Shown here in pieces: positions 29,220 through 38,635 of a DNA stretch of 64,000 nucleotides. A model generated the notes under the pieces. The model saw nothing but the letters and a program-made list of their open reading frames with translations. It was not told where the DNA came from and made no database searches. Made by a program: the position numbers and the translations under genes. Positions within the stretch are counted from its first letter, which is position 1; each line of letters opens with the position of its first letter. Origin of the DNA: Phocaeicola plebeius (GTDB lineage Bacteria; Bacteroidota; Bacteroidia; Bacteroidales; Bacteroidaceae); the NCBI GenBank assembly GCA_022767125.1, contig JALEPZ010000034.1, positions 16,840 to 80,839 on the forward strand, in the 5' to 3' direction.

Positions 29220-30512
29220 ATGACTTCACAGTTTCTTATTGGAGCAGCCTCATCGGGAAGCGGCAAAACCACTTTCACGATGGGGCTGCTGCGTGCCTTG
29301 AAGAACCGGGGATGCCGCCTCCAGCCGTTCAAGAGCGGCCCCGATTACATCGACCCCCTGTTTCACACGCAGGCCTCGGGACAGGAGTCGGTCAACCTGG
29401 ATGTGTGGATGTCCTCCCCTAACCATGTGCGCACGCTTTATGCCACTTACGGGGCCGGTACGGATGTCTGTGTGGTGGAAGGTGTGATGGGACTTTTCGA
29501 CGGCTATGCCCGGTGGGAGGGCAGTAGCGGCGCACTGGCCGCCTTGCTCAGCATCCCAGTCATCCTGCTGGTCAACGCCCGTTCGGCAGCCTACTCGGTC
29601 GCCCCCCTCATCAACGGCTTTGCCCATTTCCAGCCCGATGTACGGGTGGCGGGAGTGGTATTCAACCGAGTGGCTTCACCGACTCATTTTCAACACTTGA
29701 AAGAAGCCTGCGGCGATATCGGAGTGGACTGTTTCGGCTACCTGCCCCAGTCGCCCGACATCCAAGTGCCTTCACGCCACCTGGGACTGTCCTTGGAGGC
29801 CCGCCAAGAAAGGGAAAAGCAGATAGCCTTGGCCGCCGACCTGATTGAACGCCATGTCGACATCGACCGGCTGCTGGCAGCCAGTCACCTCCCCCTCCCT
29901 GTCTGTGCACCCGTCCCGACTGTCCAGGGGACGCTACGTGTGGCAGTGGCCCGCGACGATGCCTTCAATTTCATCTACCACGAGAATCTGGTGCAACTGC
30001 ACCGACTGGGAGAAGTAAACTTCTTCAGTCCGCTACGCGGCGACCGGCTGCCTTCCGCCGACCTGGTTTACCTGCCTGGCGGCTATCCGGAACTGTTTGC
30101 CCCTGTTCTGTCGGCTCGACAGGACACCCTGAACGACCTGAAGGACTATGCCGAACAAGGCGGACGACTGCTGGCCGAATGCGGGGGGATGATGTACCTC
30201 TCCCAATCCATCACCGATGCCGACGGCGGGCGGTCTTATCCCATGGCTGCCGTGCTGCCCTTCGACTGTACCATGGCTCATGCCCGCCTGCACCTAGGCT
30301 ACCGTCGCCTGGTCATCGACGGCAGCGAGTGGAGAGGACACGAGTTCCACTACTCAGACATCGTACAGCCCGACGCACTGCCCTCCATCGCAGGACAGTT
30401 CAACGGAAAGGGCGTCCCCGTCACTACTTCCCTTTACCGAATCAAGAATGTTATTGCCGGCTACACCCACTTATACTGGGGAGACCGGAATATTTTGGAA
30501 CTATGGAACTGA
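29220..30512 (+). CDS. cbiA: Cobyrinate a,c-diamide synthase
   Basis: SSGSGKTT, FKSGPDYID, VVEGVMGLFDG, GATase AECGGMMYL and GHEFHYS. Confidence 0.95.
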   Translation: MTSQFLIGAASSGSGKTTFTMGLLRALKNRGCRLQPFKSGPDYIDPLFHTQASGQESVNLDVWMSSPNHVRTLYATYGAGTDVCVVEGVMGLFDGYARWEGSSGALAALLSIPVILLVNARSAAYSVAPLINGFAHFQPDVRVAGVVFNRVASPTHFQHLKEACGDIGVDCFGYLPQSPDIQVPSRHLGLSLEARQEREKQIALAADLIERHVDIDRLLAASHLPLPVCAPVPTVQGTLRVAVARDDAFNFIYHENLVQLHRLGEVNFFSPLRGDRLPSADLVYLPGGYPELFAPVLSARQDTLNDLKDYAEQGGRLLAECGGMMYLSQSITDADGGRSYPMAAVLPFDCTMAHARLHLGYRRLVIDGSEWRGHEFHYSDIVQPDALPSIAGQFNGKGVPVTTSLYRIKNVIAGYTHLYWGDRNILELWN

Positions 30513-30529
30513 CAACAGAAAAATACCTC

Positions 30530-31696
30530 ATGAAACGACTCGGCCACGTGTTGAAGGCCACCGCTTACTGCGCTGCCCTGCTTCTGCTGGCCGATTGCTC
30601 GAGCAAGCCCCGTCAGCAGGCGATCGACACAAGCGATGCCCCGGCCGAAGTGGCATTTGTCGAACCCATCATACCGGCCTACGCCGAAGGATTCCACGTG
30701 CACTATACAGACAGTTGCTGCCTATTAGAAATTGCCGACCCCCAGCTGGAACAGCGGCGGATGTTCCGTTACGCTCTGGTGCCCCGGGGCTGCCGTTCAG
30801 CACACCTGCCCGAAGGCTATACTCCCATCGAAGTACCTGTGCGCAGTGTCATCTGCATGACCTCGCTCCAGCTCTCCAACTTTATCAAGCTGGACGAACT
30901 GCAGCGCGTGACCGGCATCACGAGTACCCGCCATCTTTTCAACGCCACCATCCGTGAGCAACTGGCGGCAGGCAAGACCCACAAGATTGGCATCGAGGGC
31001 AATTTCGACAATGAAGTCATCCTTGGCATCCATCCCGATGTCATCCTGATTTCCCCCTTTAAGCGGGGAGGCTATGATGCACTCCGCGAGGTAGGTATTC
31101 CGCTGATACCCCATCTGGGCTACAAGGAAACCAGTCCGTTGGGACAGGCCGAATGGGTGAAGTTCGTCGGCCTGCTCACGGGGACGGAAGAAAAAGCCAA
31201 CCGCATCTTTGCGGATATCGAAAAGCGGTACCTCTACTGGAAAGAACTGGCGGCCCACGTCACGGAACGCCCGACGGTGTTCAGCGGCGACATGCGAGGC
31301 GGCAACTGGTATGCTGCAGGCGGACGGAGCTTCCTGGCCCGGCTGTTCGAAGACGCAGGAGCCGACTATTTCCTAAAGGACAATCCACAATCGGGCGGTG
31401 TCACCTTCGACTTCGAAACCGTCTATGAACAAGCCGCCACCGCCCGCTACTGGCGCATTGTGAACAGCTATCCGGACACCTATTCGTACGACCAGCTGAA
31501 AGCAGAAGACGCCCGATATGCCGACTTCCGGGCCTTCCGGGAAAAAGGAGTGATCTATTGCAACATGACCCAGAAGCCCTATTACGAAAGCATGCCGGTG
31601 GAACCCGACTGCATCCTGGCCGACCTAATCCACGTGTTCCATCCAGAACTGATGCCAGCTGATTACGAACCTGCCTATTACGACCTGCTGCGATGA
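30530..31696 (+). CDS. btuF: ABC substrate-binding lipoprotein (BtuF/FecB-like)
   Basis: Periplasmic-binding protein type 2 motifs (VICMTSLQL, LGQAEWVKF). Start MKRLGH at 30530. Confidence 0.85.
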   Translation: MKRLGHVLKATAYCAALLLLADCSSKPRQQAIDTSDAPAEVAFVEPIIPAYAEGFHVHYTDSCCLLEIADPQLEQRRMFRYALVPRGCRSAHLPEGYTPIEVPVRSVICMTSLQLSNFIKLDELQRVTGITSTRHLFNATIREQLAAGKTHKIGIEGNFDNEVILGIHPDVILISPFKRGGYDALREVGIPLIPHLGYKETSPLGQAEWVKFVGLLTGTEEKANRIFADIEKRYLYWKELAAHVTERPTVFSGDMRGGNWYAAGGRSFLARLFEDAGADYFLKDNPQSGGVTFDFETVYEQAATARYWRIVNSYPDTYSYDQLKAEDARYADFRAFREKGVIYCNMTQKPYYESMPVEPDCILADLIHVFHPELMPADYEPAYYDLLR

Positions 31697-32733
31697 AACC
31701 ATCTGTCTTTCTCCCCATGTGGCTACTGGCAGGAGCTGTCGTCCTGTTATTCCTGCTCAACCTGTCTCTCGGCTCTGTCTCCATCCCCCTGCGCTCCATC
31801 TGGAACATCCTTTGGGGCATGGACGGAAATGAGTCTTTCATCTGGCACAACATCATCTGGAAGTCGCGGATGCCCCAGGCCCTGACTGCCACCATGGCCG
31901 GAGCGGGCCTGTCGGTCAGCGGCCTGCAAATGCAGACCGTCTTCCGTAACCCCCTGGCCGGTCCGTCCGTCCTAGGTGTCAGTTCGGGAGCCAGTCTGGG
32001 CGTAGCCTTCGTTGTCCTCCTTTCGGGCAGTCTGGGAGGTAGAGCCCTCAGCCAGCTGGGTGCCATGGGAGAAGTAGCCCTGACGCTGGCCGCCATCGGC
32101 GGCGCACTGGCCGTCATGGCCCTCATCGTCTATGCCTCCCAGAAAGTGCACGGCCATGTCACCCTTCTCATCATCGGTGTCATGATTGGCTACGTGGCCA
32201 ATGCCGTCATCGGTGTCCTGAAGTTCTTCAGTGTAGAGGAAGACATCCGCGCCTATGTCATCTGGGGATTGGGCAGCTTCGCCCGTGTATCGGGCAACCA
32301 GGTCACCATCTTTGTGTGCATCATGGCCGTCCTCCTCCCCCTCTCTTTCCTGCTGGCCAAGACCCTGAATCTGTTACTGCTGGGCGATGCGTATGCCCGC
32401 AATCTCGGGCTAAACATCCGTCAGGCACGGCTGTGGGTCATCGGCTGTTCGGGCATACTGGTGGCCATCGTCACCGCCTACTGCGGTCCCATCGCCTTTC
32501 TTGGGCTGGCCGTTCCCCATCTCTGTCGGAACATCTTCCGCACCTCCGACCATCGGGTGTTGCTGCCAGCCTCCCTGCTGACCGGCAGTGCCCTGGCCCT
32601 GATTTGCCACCTCATTGCCCGTCTGCCGGGCTTCGAAGGCGCCCTGCCCGTCAATTCGGTCACCGCCCTCGTCGGAGCACCGGTTGTCGTATCCGTCTTG
32701 TTCAAGAAACGCCGTAACGATTGGAGTGAATGA
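31693..32733 (+). CDS. btuC: ABC permease (BtuC/FecCD)
   Basis: RMPQAL, FRNPLAGPSVLG, GPIAFLGLAVPH. Confidence 0.9.
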   Translation: MKPSVFLPMWLLAGAVVLLFLLNLSLGSVSIPLRSIWNILWGMDGNESFIWHNIIWKSRMPQALTATMAGAGLSVSGLQMQTVFRNPLAGPSVLGVSSGASLGVAFVVLLSGSLGGRALSQLGAMGEVALTLAAIGGALAVMALIVYASQKVHGHVTLLIIGVMIGYVANAVIGVLKFFSVEEDIRAYVIWGLGSFARVSGNQVTIFVCIMAVLLPLSFLLAKTLNLLLLGDAYARNLGLNIRQARLWVIGCSGILVAIVTAYCGPIAFLGLAVPHLCRNIFRTSDHRVLLPASLLTGSALALICHLIARLPGFEGALPVNSVTALVGAPVVVSVLFKKRRNDWSE

Positions 32734-33752
32734 TGATGAAGAAAGAAGAAACCATCCGCCTGAAACACCTGTCCACCGGTTATGCGGGCCGAAAAGGTCC
32801 CAAGATTATTGCGGCGGACATCAATGCCACCCTCTGCAGTGGCGAACTGACCTGCCTCATCGGGGCGAACGGTGCCGGGAAATCGACCCTGTTGCGGACA
32901 CTCTCGGCCTTCCTTCCCCCTTTAGCCGGAGAGGTCTGGCTACTGGGCCGCCGCCTGGAAGACTATACCGACAAACAACTAGCCAAAGTCATCGGGGTAG
33001 TGCTGACCGAGAAGTGCCACCTGCGTAACATGTCGGTAGCCGACCTCATCGGTATGGGGCGCAGTCCCTACACCGGCTTTTGGGGAAGTTTCCGGCCAGA
33101 AGACTACCGCATCGTTGAAGAAGCCCTCCGCCTGGTGGGCATCGAGGCCTTGAAAGAACGTAAGGTGGAGACTCTCAGCGATGGCGAACGGCAAAAAGTC
33201 ATGATTGCCAAGGCACTGGCACAAGAAACGCCGATTATCTTCCTCGACGAACCGACCGCCTACCTCGACTATCCAAGCAAGGTGGATATCCTGCACCTGC
33301 TCCATCGCCTATCGCGGGAGATGAACAAGACCATCTTCCTCTCGACACACGACCTGGAACTGGCGCTGCAGATTGCCGACCAGCTGTGGCTAATGGACCG
33401 CCAGCAAGGAATTTGGACCGGGACACCGGAAGACCTGGCCCTGGACGGACGACTCGACGGGTTCTTCCAGGCTCGTGGCATCGTCTTCGACAGTAACACC
33501 GGTCTCTACCGCATGGACCAAGCCTATACGGAAGAAGTGCGGCTGGAAGGCACCGGATGTCGGGCGGCAATGGTGCAGAAGGCCCTACGCCGTAACGGCA
33601 TCCGTGCCCACAGCGAGGCCCGCTCGACCTGCTGCATCCGGACCGGTGAAGGCACGGATTTCCAACTACTGGACCACGAAGGGCGCGTGACCACCGTCCG
33701 TACCATCCGTGAACTGATAACGACGGTGGAAAATCTACTGAAACAACCATGA
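32730..33752 (+). CDS. btuD: ABC ATPase (BtuD/FecE-like) with C-terminal extension
   Basis: GANGAGKST, LSDGERQK, FLDEPT, STHD. Confidence 0.9.
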   Translation: MMMKKEETIRLKHLSTGYAGRKGPKIIAADINATLCSGELTCLIGANGAGKSTLLRTLSAFLPPLAGEVWLLGRRLEDYTDKQLAKVIGVVLTEKCHLRNMSVADLIGMGRSPYTGFWGSFRPEDYRIVEEALRLVGIEALKERKVETLSDGERQKVMIAKALAQETPIIFLDEPTAYLDYPSKVDILHLLHRLSREMNKTIFLSTHDLELALQIADQLWLMDRQQGIWTGTPEDLALDGRLDGFFQARGIVFDSNTGLYRMDQAYTEEVRLEGTGCRAAMVQKALRRNGIRAHSEARSTCCIRTGEGTDFQLLDHEGRVTTVRTIRELITTVENLLKQP

Positions 33753-34261
33753 AACGCCTACTACTGATTACCGGCGGAGCCCGCTCCGGAAAGAGTGCCT
33801 ACGCCGAACGGACAGCCCTCTCTCTGTCACCGAACCCCATCTACCTGGCTACCGCCCGCATCTGGGATGAAGAATTCCGGAAACGGGTGGAACGCCACCG
33901 GCAGGCCCGAGGACCGGAGTGGACCAACATCGAGGAAGAAAAAGAACTGGGCCGCCACTGTGTGGAAGGACGGGTAGTCCTGGTAGACTGCCTCACACTG
34001 TGGTGCACCAACTTCTTCTTTGACCTGAATGCTGACATCGACCGCGCTTTTCAGGAACTCCGACAGGAATTCGACCGGCTGACGGCCCAAGAGGCCACAT
34101 TCGTGTTCGTGACCAACGAAATCGGTCTCGGAGGAACCTCGGAAAACGAAATGCAGCGGAAATTCACCGACCTGCAGGGATGGATGAACCAGTATGTGGC
34201 GGCCAGGGCCGACGAAGTCGTACTGATGGTGTCGGGCATCCCAGTCCGTATCAAAGGGTAA
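33749..34261 (+). CDS. cobU: Adenosylcobinamide kinase / phosphate guanylyltransferase
   Basis: GGARSGKSAYAE, VDCLTLW, VTNEIGLG. Confidence 0.96.
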   Translation: MKRLLLITGGARSGKSAYAERTALSLSPNPIYLATARIWDEEFRKRVERHRQARGPEWTNIEEEKELGRHCVEGRVVLVDCLTLWCTNFFFDLNADIDRAFQELRQEFDRLTAQEATFVFVTNEIGLGGTSENEMQRKFTDLQGWMNQYVAARADEVVLMVSGIPVRIKG

Positions 34262-34308
34262 ACCGCCCCTACGGAAATACAAAACAAAAAAACAATACGT
34301 AAATCACT

Positions 34309-35352
34309 ATGAACATGAAAACATTCCACATCGATCAGCCGGACGAACAACTCCGCCCTGCGCTCATTGACAAAATCAACAACCTAACCAAGCCGAAAGG
34401 CTCGTTGGGACGACTCGAAGAACTGGCCTTGCAAATCGGCATGATCCAACAGACCCTCTCTCCCTGCCTCACTCGGCCACAGAACATCATTTTCGCTGCC
34501 GACCACGGCATCGTGGAAGAAGGGGTCAGCCTGTCTCCCAAGGAAATCACCTGGCAACAGATCAGCAACTTCCTCCACGGAGGAGCCGGGGTCAACTTCC
34601 TGTGCCGGCAACACGGTTTCGAGCTGAAAATCGTGGATGCCGGTGTCGACTACGAACTGCCTTATGAAAAGGGCATTATCAACCGGAAGGTACGGAGGGG
34701 TACCCGCAACTATCTGCACGAGGCTGCCATGACACAAGAAGAACTGGAACAGTGTATCGACTCCGGCGCCGAAATGGTTCGCCAGTGCCACGACGACGGC
34801 AGCAACGTGATCAGCTTCGGCGAAATGGGTATCGGCAACACCTCCTCTTCCTCAATCTGGATGAGCTGTCTGGCAGGTATTCCCTTGGAAGAATGCGTAG
34901 GAGCCGGCAGCGGGCTGGACCACAAAGGAATCCGCCACAAGTATGAAGTGCTCCGCCACGCATTGGATAACTACTCGGGCACGAGCGAGCCGATCGATAT
35001 CCTCCGCTATTTCGGCGGACTGGAGATGGTCATGGCCGTAGGAGCCATGCTGCAGGCAGCCGAACTCCGGATGGTGATTCTGGTGGACGGCTTCATCATG
35101 ACCAACTGTATGCTGGCAGCCAGCCGGCTCTATCCCGCCGTGACCGACTATGCCGTTTTCTGTCATTGCGGCGACGAGGCGGGCCACCGCCGGGTGCTCG
35201 ACGCCCTTCATGCCCATCCGCTGTTGGATCTCGGCCTGCGCCTGGGCGAAGGGACAGGAGCCATCTGTGCCTACCCCATCATCGATTCAGCCGTCCGGAT
35301 GATCAACGAGATGGATACTTTTGCCGGGGCAGCTATCACTAAATACTTCTGA
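34309..35352 (+). CDS. cobT: Nicotinate-nucleotide--dimethylbenzimidazole phosphoribosyltransferase
   Basis: [37 protein letters not shown]. Confidence 0.96.
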   Translation: MNMKTFHIDQPDEQLRPALIDKINNLTKPKGSLGRLEELALQIGMIQQTLSPCLTRPQNIIFAADHGIVEEGVSLSPKEITWQQISNFLHGGAGVNFLCRQHGFELKIVDAGVDYELPYEKGIINRKVRRGTRNYLHEAAMTQEELEQCIDSGAEMVRQCHDDGSNVISFGEMGIGNTSSSSIWMSCLAGIPLEECVGAGSGLDHKGIRHKYEVLRHALDNYSGTSEPIDILRYFGGLEMVMAVGAMLQAAELRMVILVDGFIMTNCMLAASRLYPAVTDYAVFCHCGDEAGHRRVLDALHAHPLLDLGLRLGEGTGAICAYPIIDSAVRMINEMDTFAGAAITKYF

Positions 35353-35355
35353 CCC

Positions 35356-36102
35356 ATGGACCTGCTGGCTGCCCTGATTTTCTTCACCCGCCTTCCCCTG
35401 TGGAAATGGAAGGCGGTACCGGCTGAGTGCTTCAAGCACGTGGTTCCCTACTGGCCACTCGTGGGCTGGCTGACGGGCGGCACCCTGAGTGCCGTCGTGT
35501 ATGCCGCCGCTCAGATTTTCCCACTGCCCGTCGCCTGGCTGCTGGCCCTGACGGTCCGCCTCCTGCTCACAGGATGTCTCCACGAAGATGGGCTAGCCGA
35601 CTTTCTCGACGGGTTCGGGGGAGGGACAACCCGCGAGCGGACGCTGGCTATCATGAAAGACTCGCACATCGGCACTTACGGAGTCATCGGGCTGGTGGTC
35701 TACTTCCTCCTGCTCTGGCAGGTGGGCAGCTACCTCCCGCTGTCAGTCCTTGCCCCACTTTCGGTATGCGCCGACTGCTGGTCCAAAGCGGCCAGTGCCC
35801 AGCTGGTAAACTTCCTGCCCTATGCTCGCACGGAATCGGAAAGCAAGGCGAAGGTGGTGTATAGCCGGATGCGGCCTACAGAAGGAGGCTTGGTCCTCCT
35901 CGGCGGTGGACTGCCGGTACTTCTGCTGCTCCCCAGTTCGTGCTGGATAGCCCTCCTCGCCCCATGGGGAATCGTAGCGATTCTCATCCGACTTATGAAA
36001 CGGCGGATCGGCGGCTATACCGGCGATTGCTGCGGAGCGACGTTCCTGCTCAGCGAACTCAGTTTTTACCTTGTCTGCGGCGGTCTGCTACTCTGTTTCT
36101 AA
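35356..36102 (+). CDS. cobS: Cobamide synthase
   Basis: FFTRLP, HEDGLADFLDG, IMKDSHIG, GGYTGD. Confidence 0.95.
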   Translation: MDLLAALIFFTRLPLWKWKAVPAECFKHVVPYWPLVGWLTGGTLSAVVYAAAQIFPLPVAWLLALTVRLLLTGCLHEDGLADFLDGFGGGTTRERTLAIMKDSHIGTYGVIGLVVYFLLLWQVGSYLPLSVLAPLSVCADCWSKAASAQLVNFLPYARTESESKAKVVYSRMRPTEGGLVLLGGGLPVLLLLPSSCWIALLAPWGIVAILIRLMKRRIGGYTGDCCGATFLLSELSFYLVCGGLLLCF

Positions 36103-36145
36103 AGGCCAAAATACATACCGTTTGTCAATAAATAAAAAAAAGCTT

Positions 36146-36676
36146 ATGGAATTAGTACTCATCCGACACACCTCGGTAGATGTTCCACCCGGCGTATGCT
36201 ACGGCCAGACAGATGTCCCCTTGAAGGATAGTTTCGAGAACGAAGCGGCACACACCCAGCTGTTACTGCAGCCCTACACTCCTTTCGATGCCGTATACAC
36301 CAGTCCGCTGACCCGCTGCACCCGACTGGCTGAACGATGCGGCTATCCGACAGCCCAGCACGACAAGCGACTGTTGGAACTGGATTTCGGAGAATGGGAA
36401 ATGCAGGCTTTCGATGCCATCCGCGACCCACGCCTACAGGAGTGGTATGACGACTATCTGCACGTAGCCCCCACCGGAGGCGAGTCCTTCCAACAGCAAT
36501 ATGCACGTGTCAGCCACTTTTTGGAAGAGCTGAGGGGGAAGTCTTTCCGCCGGGCAGCCGTCTTTGCCCACGGAGGGGTACTGCTCTGTGCCCGGCTTTA
36601 CGTAGGGGAACTCACCCCCGACCAACTGTTCGGTTCACTCACGCCCTACGGAGGAGTGGTCTGTCTCCAGCTATAG
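36146..36676 (+). CDS. cobC: Alpha-ribazole phosphatase (histidine phosphatase)
   Basis: LIRHT, YTSPLTRC, LLELDFGEWE, FAHGG. ATG at 36146. Confidence 0.93.
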   Translation: MELVLIRHTSVDVPPGVCYGQTDVPLKDSFENEAAHTQLLLQPYTPFDAVYTSPLTRCTRLAERCGYPTAQHDKRLLELDFGEWEMQAFDAIRDPRLQEWYDDYLHVAPTGGESFQQQYARVSHFLEELRGKSFRRAAVFAHGGVLLCARLYVGELTPDQLFGSLTPYGGVVCLQL

Positions 36677-37597
36677 AAGCCAGACTGCTAGACCAACCAG
36701 CACCAGCATCAGGAACTCCGCCCGTCGGGTGACACGGATGGCCACCCGCATATCAGCAAGCCCCAGCCGTCGGTCGGTCGTTCCGATGAACGGTTTCCAC
36801 ACCACCTCCCCGAAGTAAGAATGAGGACCTCCGAAACGGCAGTTGAGAATACCAGCCATCGCCGCCTCGGGATAGCCAGAATTGGGGCTGGCATGGCACT
36901 TGCCGTAACGGACGACAAACCGCCACCCAGACAGGAAATTCGCAGCCACCAGCAGCAGGACAGCCGTCAACCGGGCCGGCACGTAGTTGGCCACATCGTC
37001 CATCCGAGCGGCAAAACAGCCGAATTCAGCATAACGCTCGTTGCGGTAACCGATCATGGAATCCAACGTATTCACCATCTTGTAAACCATCATGCCAGGC
37101 ACTCCCAACAAGGCCCACCAGAACAGCGGGGCAACGACCCCGTCGCTCAAGTTCTCCGCCAAGGTTTCGAGGGCCGCCGTCCGCACCTCCTGAGCCGAGA
37201 GTTCTGAGGTGTCTCGGCCGACAATGCGGGCCACCTGCCGTCGGCCTTCCTCCAACGAACGATCAACGGCGAAAAACACTTCCCGCACTTCCCGCACCAA
37301 TGTCGTACCGGCCAGACAGTAGAAAGTCAGTACCACCTGCAGCGCCAAAGACAACCCAAAGGAAACGAGACTAGCCAAGACCAGTATGCCCCCGACAGCC
37401 AGTCCTGTGCCCACTACCAATGAAATGGCCAGTACCGCCCCTTTCCAGCGGCGTCCCTTTCCCCTGTTCCAGGCATGTTCTCCCCTCGCAATGAGCCGGC
37501 CGAATCCCACCACAGGATGTGGCAGACCAACGGGATCGCCCAACCAGCGGTCGAGCAACCCGGCCAACAACAGTGTTATCAGTCGTTCCATAGACAT
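36671..37597 (-). CDS. cbiB: Adenosylcobinamide-phosphate synthase
   Basis: LGDP..LPHPV, ETLAENLSDG, VNTLDSMIGY, SPNSGYPEAA. Confidence 0.96.
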   Translation of the reverse strand: MSMERLITLLLAGLLDRWLGDPVGLPHPVVGFGRLIARGEHAWNRGKGRRWKGAVLAISLVVGTGLAVGGILVLASLVSFGLSLALQVVLTFYCLAGTTLVREVREVFFAVDRSLEEGRRQVARIVGRDTSELSAQEVRTAALETLAENLSDGVVAPLFWWALLGVPGMMVYKMVNTLDSMIGYRNERYAEFGCFAARMDDVANYVPARLTAVLLLVAANFLSGWRFVVRYGKCHASPNSGYPEAAMAGILNCRFGGPHSYFGEVVWKPFIGTTDRRLGLADMRVAIRVTRRAEFLMLVLVGLAVWLL

Positions 37598-37603
37598 CTC
37601 CTC

Positions 37604-38635
37604 CTATATTTCCAGCCATTGGGCGATGGCCGCCACCAGGCGGTCGTTCTCCTCAGGCCGCTGTGTGGAGATTCGAAAAAAGCAATCGTCCAGTCCCTCG
37701 AAGTTCGATGCATCCCGAATCAGTAGACCATGCTCTTTCGCTAGATAGTCTTTCAAGGCCGCTGCCCGCCCCACCCGCAAGCGAGCCAGCTGGAAGTGCG
37801 TCTGCGTGTCCCAAACCTCCACGGCACCTAGTTTCTCCAACTGCAGCCGCAATCGGCGAGTCTCGCGCAGGTAAGGCTCCACCTCCATCGGTGCCTCTTC
37901 CGGATGGTCCAACAAATAGATACCGGCTTGAATGGCCAACTGATTGACCGACCAGGGCATCCGGTTGGCCCGCAACCGTTTCAGCAAGGAAGGGACTCCC
38001 GTCACATAACCCAGACGCAGACCGGGAACCGCATAGCGCTTCGTCAACGAATGAAGGAGCAACACATTCGGGAAAGCTGCCGCCTCCGCCGGACTCCATA
38101 AACGTTCCAGCGTAAAGGCTTCATAAGACTGGTCAATGACGAAGCACACCTGAGGATTCCGTTCCACCACGCGCTTCAGGATTTCCCGGTCCGTCACCAG
38201 CCCTGTAGGATTGTTGGGATTGCACAGCCTCAACATCCCAACCCCTTCCGGCAGGCGGTACCGCTCGCGGGAGCCGGGCAACGCATACAAGGTCTTCACC
38301 GTGTGAGCATGCATCCGGCAGGCATCGGCATACTCGCTGAAGGTCGGCTGTACAACCGCTGAACCGCTGCCGCGGAAGGTCTGCGCCAGCAGATAGATAG
38401 CCTCCGTCGCCCCATTGGTCACACAAACGCCCCCCTTCGGCAGACGAAAACGGTCTGCCAGCCGGTCCTCCAATGTATACGGTTCCGGTTCGGGATAGGA
38501 ACCGAGGGTGTCTAAGCAGGCCCGCAAGTGGGCCTTCAGTCCGCTCAGATCGATGTCCGGACAGACATTCGAACTGAAATTGGCCGTAATGGCCGTGTCA
38601 TACGCATATGCGTCGTCTCCGTGTCCGTTAATCAT
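37604..38635 (-). CDS. cobD: L-threonine-O-3-phosphate decarboxylase
   Basis: GHGDD, NFSSN, CNPNNPTG, SLTKRYAVPGLRLGY. Confidence 0.92.
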   Translation of the reverse strand: MINGHGDDAYAYDTAITANFSSNVCPDIDLSGLKAHLRACLDTLGSYPEPEPYTLEDRLADRFRLPKGGVCVTNGATEAIYLLAQTFRGSGSAVVQPTFSEYADACRMHAHTVKTLYALPGSRERYRLPEGVGMLRLCNPNNPTGLVTDREILKRVVERNPQVCFVIDQSYEAFTLERLWSPAEAAAFPNVLLLHSLTKRYAVPGLRLGYVTGVPSLLKRLRANRMPWSVNQLAIQAGIYLLDHPEEAPMEVEPYLRETRRLRLQLEKLGAVEVWDTQTHFQLARLRVGRAAALKDYLAKEHGLLIRDASNFEGLDDCFFRISTQRPEENDRLVAAIAQWLEI

